Assembly (NCBI GenBank): GCA_951406725.2
Contig: OX597831.1
Span: 48,422,001-48,486,000, forward strand
Length of the DNA stretch: 64,000 nt
Direction: 5' to 3'
Source: Octopus vulgaris
Lineage: Eukaryota
A model generated the notes under the pieces. That model was not told the origin of the DNA and did no database searches. It was given only the letters and a program-made list of their open reading frames with translations. The position numbers were made by a program, and so were the translations under genes. Numbering within the stretch: position 1 is the first letter of the stretch; the number at the start of each line of letters is the position of its first letter. Shown here piece after piece: positions 1 to 13,361 of the stretch.

Positions 1-125
1 ACTTAGTTAAACGGCAAGTCATTTGTTTAGCTTTTACTTTGTTTTATTTTTTTGTGAAAGCCCTCTCATTGCTAATTGCAACCTTTTCAATTACTTTTGT
101 CTTAGTTCATTCATGTTGTTTTGTG

Positions 126-436
126 TTACATGACGACTGGCTCCTGTGCCGGTGGCACATAAAAAGACCATCCGAACGTTGCCGCTGGCATGTTAAAAGG
201 TCCAACCGATTGTGACCGATGCCAGACCCCCCCTGGTACCTGTGCAGGTGGCATGTAAAAAGCACCCACTACACTCGCGGAGTGGTTGGCGTTAGGAAGG
301 GCATCCAGCCGTAGAAACTCTGCCAGATCAGACTGGAGCCTGGAGCAGCCCCTGGCTTCCCAGACTCCGGTTGAACCGTCCAACCCATGATAGCACGGAA
401 AACGGACGTTAAACGATGATGATGATGATGATGATG
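126..436 (+). mobile_element. 3' portion of a (GAT)n-tailed retroposon (SINE/LINE tail family)
   Basis: Conserved 'gagtggttggcgttaggaagggcatccagccgtagaaac...ccaacccatg.tagca.ggaaaacggacgttaaacgatgatgat'. Related copies at ~6155-6470, ~19370-19665, ~52465-52880 (-), 63735-64000 (-), with short 3' ends at ~29625 and ~58463. Confidence 0.75.
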
Positions 437-682
437 ACCCAGCCATTTCATCTCCATCTTTTAGCAATTAATGAAAAGAATCGCCCTAAAAATTTATTTC
501 CCTAACATTCTTGTCAGTTTCATATCTTCTATGCAGAAGGCTAAGACTTTCTATAGCATCATATCATTTTAAAGATCAATACTTTTTCTTATTCTCATCC
601 TCTAATATCTATAATTCACGCGTATTGAGCGTAGTTGAAATTACCATTGCTCTTAAAATAAACATTTTTCTTGTTATCTTTA

Positions 683-1050
683 CCTTTTTATTGTTTCAGT
701 CATTTGACTGCAGCCATGCTGGAGCACTGCCTTGAAGGGTTTCAGTTAAAGAAATCGACCCCAAGTCTTATTTTTTAAAGCCTAGTACTTATTCTATTGG
801 TCTCTTTGCTGAACTGTTAAGTTACAGGGACATAAACACACCAACACCAGTTGCCAAGTGGTGGTGGGGGGACAAACACAGACACAAAGACTCATACACA
901 CACTCACATATATGACGGGCTTCTTTCAGTTTCTGTCTACCAAATCCTCTCACAAGGATTTGGTTGGCCCAAGGTGCCATGCAGTGGGACTGAACCTAGA
1001 ACCATGTGACTAAGAAGCAGGCTTCTTACCACACAGCCACATCTGTGCCT
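683..1050 (-). mobile_element. Major tRNA-derived SINE with internal microsatellite
   Basis: Reverse complement of the family seen full length at 20488-20900 and 48892-49308. Confidence 0.8.
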
Positions 1051-1745
1051 GTTATTGTTATAGTCATTTTGCTTTTTTTTTTTCAAATAGATCCTAACAT
1101 TACTGAAGCACCACAACCCAGCATTAAATCTTTCTCTTTGATCTCACATCTTCCATTATTATTCTTCCTAAATACTTAAATCCATCAATTTGTTTGATTT
1201 CTTTGCTATTTCACTTGGACAGACACTTTTCTTTTTCTTTACTAATTATCATTATTTCACTTCTTGCCTTTTTTTTTATATTTTCAACACATATTTTCAC
1301 TCCTTATCTTCTTGCTGTATCAAGACACGTTAGATCTATAACTTCTTCATCATTTTGTCCTGATGAGTCAATATTATTGGCAGTATGGAAATTGCTGACT
1401 TTTCAACATCTTGCTTGAGCATTTCCTTCAAAAGATTCAAGGGCGTTTGTCATTATGCATTAGAAAAAAATCACTGAAAAATCATGGCAAAAGATTGCAT
1501 CCTTGAGTGATACTAACTGTTGTTTTAAACCATTTACTTGGTGAATTTCCAACTTCAAACCAGATTTCATGCATGTTTGTAGAATGACTTTGTAGTATTT
1601 AGTATCGGTAAGTTTGTACTACATTTTTTCATAATATGCTCAAGTGCCCATGCTACAAACGTAGTCAAACATTTTTCAACTCTATAAAAGTTGAAATAAA
1701 GAACAGTTTGGGCTGTGGTTCCGGGTATTTTTCTGCTACAATATT

Positions 1746-1925
1746 GGTTTCAAATTTTGGCACAAGGCCAGCAGTTTCGTGAGGAGGGAGCTAAGTTGAT
1801 GAAATCAACCCCAGTGCTCAGCTTGTGCTTATTTTATTGACCCAGAAGGGATGCAAGACAAAGTTGATCACAATGGAATTTGAACTCAGAACGTAAAGAC
1901 AAATGAAATGCCGCTAAGAACTTCG
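1746..1925 (-). mobile_element. Short dispersed SINE (CORE/MIR-like core family)
   Basis: Motif 'ccccagt...tattttat.gaccc.gaa.ggatg.aag.caaagt.gac...ggaatttgaactcagaacgta' recurs at ~5495-5695, ~33580-33795, ~37370-37560 and ~37878-38085. Confidence 0.6.
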
Positions 1926-2049
1926 CCTTATTTTTCTGCTGTAATATTGTTATAAATCTGTTCAACATCATTTCTCCCTCTTGGGAACTGGTCTGTGTCT
2001 CACTGCCATGGTTTCACTTGAACAAGTAAAACAATTAACAAAACCTCAG

Positions 2050-3420
2050 TTGGATAACAGATTAAACTAATAAATAATATGATTAATAATGTGGTTGTTT
2101 TTGTACTTTTGGTGTCTCTTTCTTTGACAGTGGTATAACAATTGATTCTGTCCATTTTCTGTGCCGTTCTCCAGTAAGTAAATCACAATTACACACATAT
2201 ATAATCTCAGTAACATACTCACCTCCCTGTTTTAACAGTTCTGCTTTTAACAGCTCTGATTCTACACAATCCATTCCAGGTGATTAATTATATTTTAGTT
2301 TCTGAATCAATTGCGTAACTTCTTTCCAAATTGGCTACATAACTCCATTTCTGGCTCTTACTACATATTAAAGAGAAATTCTTGTAATTATTTTGGTACA
2401 TTGCTATCTATGTTTACTTTGTCTCTCTAGAATTCTTCTTAGTATTCTTTCAAATCTATCAATTACTTTAGTTAGCAGGCTGCTATATTCTTCTACAACA
2501 ACTTGACATTTAGCTACCCATTCTTTGATTAAATCTTTAGCCATTTGATAAGAATTATTTGCTCTATAGTTTGTTTTTTTTGGCTTTGTTTTGTTTTTCC
2601 TCACAACTTTCATTAATCCATCATATCTTTTGATGCCACAATTTCTTTCATTCTTTTTTTTAGTTTCCTATCGACCAAACTATACTTCATTTTACCTCTG
2701 TTGTTTTTATACCATTTCTGTTCCACATCTCTTCTTTCATTAAAACTTATTAAAGGCCTCTTCATTTATGCAAAGATTCTTAATTTTCTTTCTCTTACCA
2801 ACGATTTTATTGATTATTATTACTGTTGTTCTTCAAAGGCTTCTGTTAATTCTGGAACATTTGCATCTAATAATAATAAAGTTGTGAATTTTTTCCCTAA
2901 CTGTGTTTCAAATTTTAATGTTATGCTTAGGTCTTTAAATATTTCAAGACCAGCTTTTACTTTTCCACATTTCAATTCTTTTCAACTGAGTCCAGCTCCA
3001 TAGTTATTGTCCTTATAAAAAGTTGGTAATCAATGCCTTTATTTACACTCGGTGTTTTATCTCCATTTATATTCACTTGATATATTTTTAGGAATAAAAT
3101 TGATCTGGTTATTATACATTCCCCCAGGTAAATGCTATCTTATTGTTTTTCACAGTTTGTTCCGAAGTATTATATTGGCAAGAAATTAGTTTAGTTTGTT
3201 TTGCAAATTCTAATAATCATACTCATCTGTTGATAGTTTTTATTTTTCAAGTCATATTTTCCAGCTGTTCCTTTCCAAGAATCATGAACCTCCAATCCAA
3301 ACTTTGCATTTCAGTCACCAAGAATTATTAGTATGTCTCTCTTTTTTGTTTGCTAATTGTTCTTTCTATAATTTTGAGAGAATTTTTCCACCTCTTCATC
3401 ATTGTAATCTCAAGTTGAAG
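2050..3420 (-). pseudogene. Degenerate RTE-clade LINE fragment (APE endonuclease to pre-RT region)
   Basis: Minus-strand remnants 'ELLKQGGE...KWTESIVIPLSKK' (2083-2274) and 'HLPGGMYNNQINFI' (~3085-3135) match RTE ORF motifs (ELLKxGGE, WxxSxxIPLxKKG, NQIDFI). Many stops and frameshifts. Confidence 0.7.
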
Positions 3421-3799
3421 CATGAAGTTGGATGAAGATATTGTATGGCTTTGCAAGCCAGTGTTTAACATGAATATTTTGCTGCAAAATTACAATTTTG
3501 TAATGTATTATGGTAATTTTATGCACAATGAAACACACACCCTTTTCATGCTTCCTTTCTTCCCCGTTAAATTATGTTTTGTGCTCATTATCTGTCATAA
3601 TTCTTCACATATTGTCCATCTCATTTCCTTGTAATGTTCCCTGAACATCTTTACCTTTCATAAGCTTGTTATTGTACTTTTCCAACTTCGTATATTCCCG
3701 TGTCTATCCATAAAGGAATTTGTGCAGAGTTTAACTTTTGATTTCATTTTTTTGTATGCTTAATTGACTTCTCAGAAAAATAGAAGAGGAAATGGTGCT

Positions 3800-4000
3800 A
3801 ATCAATTCAATATGGCACTTGAGTTTATCCAAGGTCCTGATCAATTGGCATGGTACTTGAGTTTTTCCCAGGTCTCAACCATTTTGTATGGTACTTGAGT
3901 ATCTCCTAGGCCCTAAGCAGTCCAGTACAATACTTGAGTTTCTCTCAGATCCTAACCAATCTGGTATGGTACTCGAGTTTATTCTAAATCTTGACTATTC
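3800..4000. repeat. Degenerate minisatellite, ~39-bp unit x5
   Basis: Core 'tggtacttgagtt' recurs about every 39 bp, with related intervening sequence. Confidence 0.7.
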
Positions 4001-6468
4001 CAGATTGCTACATGAATTTGGTTGTATCATCATGCTATGTTTCATAGGCCAGTAACATGATGGTACCTATCATATCTCCAGTTGCTGTTGGCTGTTGATT
4101 TTTCTGTGAGAAAGTCTTCTGCCCTTTGACAGGTTTTTTAAAAAATCCTGCTGAGGATCCACATTCCTTTTTTAATGTAGATCTACACTACACTCCTCCA
4201 TCCTCCTCATGTTGGTAGCCTTGTATTTATGTTAGAAATCAATGATAATTACATTAATTGTTGGTACATTTAATTCTCATTTCCAAAGTTCTTAAAACTC
4301 GCATTGTATTTTGTACATTCATTGCTTCTTTTCTCTCTCATTTTGCTGTACCGCTGACATTTACAGATAATTACTGGCAGTATGAATTATATTGGCTTAA
4401 GTTGTTAACTTAAGAAACATTTTCTATAATAAAACGATGTCTTCATGTCTCATATATCCCACATATATTTGATTATATTCTATTATAACGATCATTTGTC
4501 CAATATTAACATGAATATGAGAGTTCAGAGCAAAGTTTGATAAGTTCAGTTGCTGTGAGGAATATAGAATCTCACATTTCAAGTCTTGCCTGTTGTCTGT
4601 GATTCAAGAAAGGAAAGTGAAAGTAGTATTGTTGTCATTGCTTCTTCAATTACTTGCTTTAAGCAATCATATCATTTTTCTCTTTCTTTCTTTCTCTCAG
4701 ATGAAGGAAAACAGCCTACTACATAAAATTCTTTGCTCCTAACCATAATTGAATTTATCAAAGTCTATTAATGACTAATTGTTACCAAAACAGACCATCT
4801 CCTTGGATTTTGGATTTCATCCTCACTTAACATTAATAAGGCTATTTTCCAAATATTTGCTCAGGTCATGGTAGCAATTCAGGTAATACAGTCAGGTAAA
4901 TAAGGTAATGTGAGAATGCTTGGTCTAATGGTTAAGGTATTGTCCTCATGGTCATAAGATCATGGTTTCTATCCCCACACGGGGTAGTGCATTGTGCTCA
5001 AGGGCAAAATATTTCCTCTCACATTCCTCCAGTTCATTCAGCTGTGAATGTATTACAGTAATAGCTGGGATGTTAACTTAGTGATGGACCATGATCCCAT
5101 TCAGAGGAGAGTGCTGTAATCCCAGTCACTTATAAGTGAAAACCGGGTTAAGTTCCTGTCTTATGAATCCTTGAGCCTATAATAGATTTAAATAAGGTAT
5201 TGAACCACAACTCAGAAGGATTTGAATTCTCTTATTATTTAACACTAGTTCATCTCTGGTCAAGCAAACCCACAAGCTTTCCAGTTGTGACCACTCCTTT
5301 TTTTTCTCTCAGACTACACATCTTCCCCATTTTCTCCCTCTCTTAACAGTGATTTTGGTTTAATGCAAAATCCATTGATATATTCTACACCACAGAATTT
5401 TAACCAATGATAGAAGATTTTAACAACACTTTATATTTAGACAGATGAAATCACCTTGTCTTTTTGTATAAAATATTTTCATTGGCAGGAAATTTTTTCA
5501 CAAGGCCAACAAGTCTAGAAGAGGTGGCTAGTTGATTACATGGACCCAAGTGTTCAACTGGTACTTATTTCATCGACCTCAAAGGATGCAAAGAAAAGTT
5601 GACCTCAGTGGAATTTGAACTCAGAATGTACAGAGAGATGAGATGTCACTGAGCATTTTGCCCACCATACTAATGATTCTGCCAGTTGACCACCTTTGAG
5701 ATCAATTATATTAGTTTTAAATCTTATATTGGGATTTCATCAGCACCTGTGTAATCTCTTTATTCACAGAGTAACTATTTATCAACTCCCTTAAGTGCTA
5801 AAGTAAATTGCATTGATGTATTTGTATATAGAGAGTTTGCATATACAGAGTTCAATTAATAATTCAATGGTGTATTAATAGAATTCTGTTTTAATGCTAT
5901 ATATTGGCACACACATTACTGTGGGGAGACAGGGCTGTATAGTTGAGAAGTTTACTATGCAACCATGTGGTTTTGGGGTTCAGTCTCACAGCATGGCAAC
6001 TTGGGGCAAATGTATTTTGTTATAACCCTAGGGCAACCAATATCTTGTGAGTGAATTTGGCAGATGGGACAGAAAGATCAAAATAATGAATACAAAAAAA
6101 AGGAAAAGCAAGAAATAATATTTCCCATTTAGACTTTTGAATTAACTAAACTTTAGTGACAAGTGACCGAGACATTTGGCAGTACACCATGCTTGAGAAA
6201 ACCTGCCAAGCCAAGTGAGATCATAGCTGTGGGTGATGCCAGTGTTACATAACTGGCACCCGTGCTGGTGGCAATGAAAAGCACCCACTTCACTATTAGA
6301 GTGGTTGGCATAAGAAAGGGCATCCAGCTATAGAAACCATGCCTAATCAGACTAAAACCTGGTGCCACCCCCCAGTTCACCAGTTTTCAGTCAACCCATG
6401 TCAGCATAGAAAATGGATGTTAAATGATGATATTGATGATAATGATAGTGATGATGATGATGATGATG

Positions 6469-6499
<31 letters not shown>

Positions 6500-6527
6500 A
6501 GTGTGAACTGCTATTTGCTAATCTTCC

Positions 6528-6676
6528 ACTCCTGATAAAGGAAGCCAGTATTATGGTAAAGTTTCTATGTATCCAGCTACTGGTTGTATATCCATAACTT
6601 TTTGCACATTCTACCAGTTAATTATGAACATAATAACTATTACATAATTCCAAGCTCCCAGAAACAGCTGTCAAGT
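6528..6676 (+). ncRNA. Decayed type I hammerhead ribozyme with long stem II
   Basis: ACTC-CTGATAA-aGGAAGC...(~110 nt)...GCTCCCa-GAA-AC-AGCT-GT-C-AAGT. Palindromic stem III ACAGCTGT; core G->A change. Confidence 0.5.
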
Positions 6677-7077
6677 TGAAAATATATGAATTTTCACATT
6701 AGATTTCTGTATTTTTTACGCTCCAGATAAATTCATTTGTCAATATATATAAATGTCTATATGCTTGAAAATATATGTTTATCTATTTTCCTTCCTCATA
6801 TGAAATCCATTCCTTCATTTTAAATGCAAGATATTTACCTGAAATGTTTGCAGTAATTTCATGGTCTCTTTATTGTGAGGCTTCCATTTCTGAATAAAAT
6901 CATATTGTATATATATATATATATATGCATGTGTGTATGTATGTGTGTGTGTGTGTGTGTGTTTATATATAGATACAGATAGACACATACAAAATATGTG
7001 TGTGTGTGAGTGCATACACACACATGCACACACACATATCTATATTTATACATATATTGTTATTTATATGTATTAAT

Positions 7078-7152
<75 letters not shown>

Positions 7153-7430
7153 TAAAAATATAAAAATATAGGCACTCACTGGGATAAAACTAGAACTAGA
7201 TCTACCAAACAATGTACTGTGAGAAAATTTGCAAAGAGTTTATTATTAAATATAATTCTAACGTTTCTGTGTAAGTGACAGAATATTGAAAAACTGAAAA
7301 TGGGCAACAGTTAATAATAAAATGATTTAAATTGGTCTGTATGACATTTCATAAAAAATGTTTTTTGTGCAAGTTTAATAGACTTTTTTGTTTCCAGTTA
7401 TACTTTGAACATTATAAATATTGCATATTT

Positions 7431-7830
7431 ATACACACCTTACGCATACACTCATACAAATAAATAGACACATATAGGTATAACTATAAAAGAACTTTTA
7501 TAAAAATAGCTAGAAGAAATATTTTTAAAAGTGTACCATTTTCATCTTTTATTTTTTTACATCTTTGTTTCTCACTTGAAGGAAACAAACCCAGACAGTC
7601 TTTCATTGACCTCATATTGTTTTCCTAGAATTTTGCAAATATATATATATACACCTTGCATACACACACATACAAATAAATGTATACACATATAGATGTA
7701 ATTATAAAAGAACTTTTATAAAAATAGTTGCAAAACATATTTTAAAACGTGTACCTTTTGCATCAATGCTTCCCACTTGAAAGAAACCCACCAAGACATT
7801 CATCAACTTCTTATTGTTTTACTAGAATTT
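7431..7830. repeat. Diverged tandem duplication of ~215 bp
   Basis: 'atacacacctt...tataaaagaacttttataaaaatag...tattgtttt.ctagaatttt' at ~7431-7633 and ~7648-7830. Confidence 0.75.
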
Positions 7831-8828
7831 TCTTCTCAGTGTAAATGGTTAAGGTGTTGCACTGACAATCACAGGATTGTGGTTTTAATTCTCAGACCAG
7901 GAAGTGCATAGTGTTCTTGAGCAAAACTCTTCATTTCACATCACTCCAGTTCACTCAGCAATAAATTTCTCCCATCCAAGGACAAATTTTATAATTTAGT
8001 CATGCTCCATGGGAATTGAGTTCCCCTCTGGCCTTATGAGTGGTAGGACACATGATACAAGGCTTACTTCCCAACCACATGGTTCTGGATTCAGTCCCAC
8101 TATGTGACACCTTGAAGTGTCTCCTACTATAGCCATGGGCACACTGAAGTTTTGTGAGTGGATTTGGTGGATGGAAACTGAAAGAAGCCTGTCATATATA
8201 TATACTTGCCTTGAAGCTGCCCTTCAGGCAACATTCAGGATAGCTCCTGTGGAGGGCACCTTTGAGGCTTTTGGCTCCACTATCAGGACACTTTGCGGCT
8301 CTCTACCCTTGTGTTATGAAACTTATTTCTGCAAGTATGCTAAGCACCGATGCTGATCATACTTTAAACAATAAGCATAGGAGTGGAGTAAATGCACAAA
8401 AAATAGGGGTTCAGTGGGGCCCCATTTAAGTGGCCCTTCAGAAAGTGTACCTCCTTACAATACTACTTGGGAGTTCATGGTATGAAATCTTTTGTCATTA
8501 CCCCGATTTAGTTGTCAATGCCATGTATTTAGTTTAAAATTCAATAAAAATAGGGGTGCCAGAGGGGCCCCAATTAGGTGGTTTTTAAAAAATAGACCCC
8601 CTTAGGACATTCCCTGGGATAAGGGAAGTTGCTGGTTTGAGTTTCATCGCCCTTGCACATCTATAAAAGCAAAGCCTACACACATTTTGTGAAATCTATT
8701 CCCAAAGGTTAGTGTCTTCCAACTTTCTAAAAAAGTTCTTTTCTCAACTCTTTGAGAAAAGAATCTTCTCTCCAAATATTATATCTGTATCAAGGAATTT
8801 CCAAAACACCATATATATATATATATAT

Positions 8829-9328
8829 GGAAATATTACATTTCTAAATATCTCAGAGAGATATAAGTAGTGGTGGTATGATAGAGTAGTTGTATATTAT
8901 CAACTTAATGTGACAGTCCCATGAAGGGAATTACACCATTGCTATTTAGCCCTAGGAAGCATCAACGCTTCCTGTCGGCCTTGACACATTTCCCGTGTCC
9001 TTATGTTTACAAGGGTGAGACAAGTACCTCCACCTAGCTAAGCCTGCACACAGAAACTAGTTTCTGAGTCATTGCTCATCATCAGTCTGGAGTAGTATGG
9101 CCTGCTAGTTGGAGATGCCTGTCTAGCCCTTGTAAACATATAAGAATTCTAGTGAAATAAATCCACTGATTACAAAAATAGAAATATTACATTTCTAAAT
9201 ATCTCAGAGAGATATAAGGACACGGGAAATGTGTCAAGGCCGACAGGAAGCATTGATGCTTCTTAGGGCTAAATAGCAGTGGTGTGGGTCCCTTCATGGG
9301 ACTGTCACATTAAGTTGAAAGTATACAA

Positions 9329-9336
<8 letters not shown>
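8829..9336 (-). mobile_element. Non-coding hammerhead-containing element (retrozyme / Penelope pLTR-like) with terminal redundancy and an inverted arm
   Basis: 38-bp direct repeat 8830-8867 = 9181-9218; inverted repeat ~8885-9004 vs ~9215-9336; HHR at 9051-9089; flanked by (TA)n and (CT)n. Confidence 0.7.
9051..9089 (-). ncRNA. Minimal type I hammerhead ribozyme
   Basis: Minus strand: CAGA-CUGAUGA-UGAG(CAAUGA)CUCA-GAA-AC(UA)GU-U-UCUG. All core nucleotides present; palindromic stem III ACUAGU; GUU cleavage triplet. Confidence 0.8.
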
Positions 9337-9383
<47 letters not shown>

Positions 9384-10697
9384 GGGTGGGGGTGCATATG
9401 TGGGTGTATGTGTGTGCATGTGCCCGTGTTTGTTCCTTACCACCATTTGACAACCGGTGTTGCTGTGTTTACGTCCTGTAACTTGGTGGTTTGAAAAAAG
9501 AGATCCAGTATGGCTGCAGTCAATTGACTGAAAAGAATAAAAGTGAAAGAGTAAAAGATAAATGATTTAGATGGTGAATTAGTAGAGTCAACAGGATGTC
9601 AAATTTAATGTTTTGTGGTGCGTGATTTGAATCTTTAGTCTTTGAGTTCAAATCCTACTGTTCTCAATTTGCTTCCCATCTTTTTGAGGTTGATAAATAA
9701 GCAAAAAAAAAGAACCTAACCAGGTTTATGGATTGACAGAATTGAAAGAAATTCTCTTTGCAACCATTATAATATTTGCCCTGCCTCCTTGCATTCTGAG
9801 TTCAAATCCTGCCACAGCCAACAATGATACTAAATACATAAATACATTATCATCATCATCATCATCATCATTGTTTTTAATGTCACCTTTTCCATGTTTG
9901 CTCGTGTTGGATGAAATTGTTGAGGCAGATTTTCTACAGCTGGATGTCCCTCCTGTCACCGACCCTTAGCTGTTTTCAAGCAAGGTTATATTTCACCTGT
10001 ATGTTTATAAAAGAATTACTAATATGGAATTAAACATAAAAATCACTCAAAAAGGCTTTAACGTAATTAGTCTATTTCTTATGTGATCTCTGGTAACCTC
10101 TTATAGACCTCCTGTGTTCTGGGAGTCCTTGGTCAGGGAAAAGCTATTTTATATGATCACTATCATCTTCCCAGAAATACTAGTCAAATCTCCTAGAAAT
10201 CAAACCCTAATGTCTTAGAAGAGAGGGCCATGCTAGATAATATGGTTCCAAGTTCTCTGTTTCTAGTAAAATGATGGAATGGTCAAAGTTAAAGCAGTTT
10301 TAATCATAGGTTTGCTATCCTTGTGCTAAATAGACGTCAACAACAACCATTTTCATTACATCTCTCTCTTTCTCCCTCTCTCCATTTCCATCTCTCTCAC
10401 TCTCTTTCTCTCTCTCTCTGTCACACACACACACACACACTCTCTCTTTCTCTTTTTGTCCTTCACCCAATTAAAAATCCCAACAGAATGCATATTTAAT
10501 TAGCGTTCTATTTTCCAATACATCAATAATACAGTCATACTATGTCTAGTGCAGAGAAGATTGGAGAGGAAAATATATATATAAAAAAAAAAATCTCAAC
10601 CTCACTGTAGTTCTTGCATTTGCTGCATCTTAGCATCTTCTTTGTCTCATCTTATTTCATCTCTCTCTATCTGCATGCATCTGTATGCATCTCACAT

Positions 10698-10740
<43 letters not shown>

Positions 10741-11203
10741 CTCATTTTCTCTTTTCTCTCACCCCCCCCCTCTTGGCTTTTATTTTCTCTCTCTGTCTCT
10801 CCTTTGGAAATACTTCTTCCACTTATGCTTTCTTGATATTTATGCATATCGAAGCACTCAATAAATACAGTAGGCTAGTTACTACACTACAAGCTGTGCA
10901 AATCATTGATAGAAGCCTCCTACCGTCAGCTCAGTGTTTGGATGTTACCTCATCGCATCTCATCTGCATATATACGTATGTTTTATATTTATAGAACCTC
11001 TCAACCTTCTTTAAACAATGAAACAAATGACACAAAAAAAACAACGATGACAACAACGACGACAACGACAATAACAACAATGGTAACAGCACCTTAGATG
11101 TCACAAATTGAAATATAGGGGGAGGTTGGGGCAGAATAAAACAAAACAAGAAGTAAAAAATAAACAGACCAAAAAAAAAACCAAAGTATCTAAAAAGGAC
11201 CTA

Positions 11204-11235
<32 letters not shown>

Positions 11236-11969
11236 ACACATACATACATAAATATGCATGCACGCTCACACATATGCACACATATGAACATGCACACGTA
11301 TAAACAAACGGACACAAACACACACACATGCAAACACACAAACATACAAACACTAGCACAGACAAACACACACACATACACACACGCAAGCACACACATA
11401 CACACACAAGCATACATACGCATGCACGATCACACATATGAACAAATACACATATAAACAAACACACATATGCAAACACACATACATACAAACACTGACA
11501 CACACAAACACACACACACACAAACACACATGCATACACACACACACACATGCATACACACACCACACATGTCAATACATATGCCTTCATACATTCATAC
11601 ATTCATGCACACACAAACACAGACAACAAATAAAATAAGAAACCAACCAACAAACAGACAAGCAAAACAAATCACCCCCCACTAAAGTATTTACATCTTA
11701 AATCATAAAAAAAGCGGGGGTTGGAGTTTATCAATACTACTCATCCACCCCCATCACAACCATCATCTACTGCAAGAGAAAAAGTCATTAATGATTCTGT
11801 ACCCATTAGCTTAGAAATTTCTTCACCTCTCCTTTCATTTCCATTCATTTCATTTCTAATTTTATCTTTTGACATTAAGATTTTTGTATTTCTACTCCTT
11901 GTCCGTTTGTCTGTTCGTCTGTGACTGCCTTTCATTCATTCTCATATTTTTTCTTTAATTTTTTTAAAT

Positions 11970-12037
<68 letters not shown>

Positions 12038-12067
12038 CACATACATATGTACATATATACATATATC

Positions 12068-12155
<88 letters not shown>

Positions 12156-12170
12156 CACACACACATATGT
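11204..12170. repeat. CA-rich and (TA)n microsatellite tracts
   Basis: Directly visible; source of spurious VC/YI ORFs. Confidence 0.9.
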
Positions 12171-12955
12171 GTATGATGCGTGTGTATATATATGTTTTTA
12201 ATTGAAATTCTTCATTGGTAATTTCCATTTTAATGAACTGTCAGCTTCCTTAAAATACGAAATCCAAACCAAATCAAAGGTTAGACAGGAAATTTTTGCT
12301 ACTAGTTGGAGTTATATGGATATGACAAAAGGAATCATTCACTGCTGCTCTAGTATCACGCATGTACTACTACAAACAAAATATTTTAAAGGAATCACAG
12401 GCAGAACTTGGATATTTGTTTTTTTTTCCTATTTTGATTTTCCTTTCCCCTGTCATGCCCCTACCTCAACTATTGGAATATCCTCCATTTTAGACTCCTT
12501 TTTCTATGATTCCGTTTTATAGTTGTTGTTTTTGTTTTTCATTCACCTGTATTCATGCTTCATTAATTTGGTTTGTATCTCGTATGTGAAATTTAATGCA
12601 AATCATTCATACCTGCTGCTTTTCCATTTTCTTTTTTTTTTTTTTACTTCACCTTCAATGTTTTGTAGTTTGTTTATTTCACCTTTCACTTCTAACAGAA
12701 GCCTGTTTATAATGAACCAACGTGGGAAGAATCTGTGTATGGTTGCTCAGCACCTACTAAAAATAACAGCCAAATCTCTCTTAAATCATACCAACCTCTG
12801 CTATCTTAGAAAAGAAGATATTGTGGGCGATAGTATGGTCTTGAGTTCCTTGAACATAGGAAACAAATTAGATAAAATCACTTTGATCGCAGATCAGCTA
12901 GATCAGGGTTAGCCTGGCACTAAACGATAACAGCAACAACAACAACTTTGAGTTA

Positions 12956-13361
12956 CATTATTTACATTCGACGGATATTTGTCCTCATCTTGTTTGTTGT
13001 TAACCACTACGCCATATGCCCATGGGCATATAGCATAGTGGTTAAGAGTGCAGGCTACTGACCCCGAGATTCCGAGTTCAATTCCAAGCAGTGACCTGAA
13101 CAACAACAACAACAACAGTAATAATAATGATGATGATGATGATGATAATAATAATAATAATAATAATAACAACAACAACATCAAAAGATACCTTAGGAAT
13201 GAGAACCCAGGTTCGAAATTTCCCCAAGACACCTGAAGAAGGCTGGAGGGTATATCAGCTGAAACATTGTGTTAACAACAAACAAGATGAGGACAAATAT
13301 CTGTTGAATGTAAATAATGTAAATAATGTACATAATTCCTCATCTTTAAAATATAGAACTG
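12956..13361 (+). mobile_element. tRNA-headed, hammerhead-tailed short retroelement with inverted 5' arm and 12-bp TSD
   Basis: TSD aactttgagtta at 12944-12955 and 13362-13373; A box 13031-13041; B box 13076-13085; (AAC/AAT/GAT)n spacer; HHR 13229-13272; inverted head+tail arm 12956-13022. Confidence 0.75.
13229..13272 (+). ncRNA. Minimal type I hammerhead ribozyme (slightly decayed)
   Basis: ACAC-CUGAAGA-A-GGCUG(GAGGGUAUAU)CAGCU-GAA-AC-AU-U-GUGU. The second copy at 20332-20369 (-) reads CUGAUGA...CAGCC-GAAACG, suggesting an ancestral ACGU stem III. Confidence 0.7.

Noticed and set aside
1357-1399. HHR-like GTC-CTGATGA-hairpin...GAAA...GAC
   Set aside because: A 6-nt insertion before GAAA and no valid stem III; too degenerate to call.
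3800-4000. CRISPR-like periodic repeat
   Set aside because: The intervening sequences are related to each other, there are no cas genes, and the context is eukaryotic.
7255-7290. Half hammerheads (GAAACGTT-AGAAT on the minus strand here; GAAACTGTA-GGAGC at ~39242)
   Set aside because: The CUGANGA segment is missing; suggestive of truncated PLE ends but not supportable.
11190-12205. Many ORFs rich in VC/YI/HT dipeptides (also at 14.7-15.1, 28.6, 38.7, 53.3 and 61.5-63.7 kb)
   Set aside because: Translations of dinucleotide microsatellites that simply lack stop codons.
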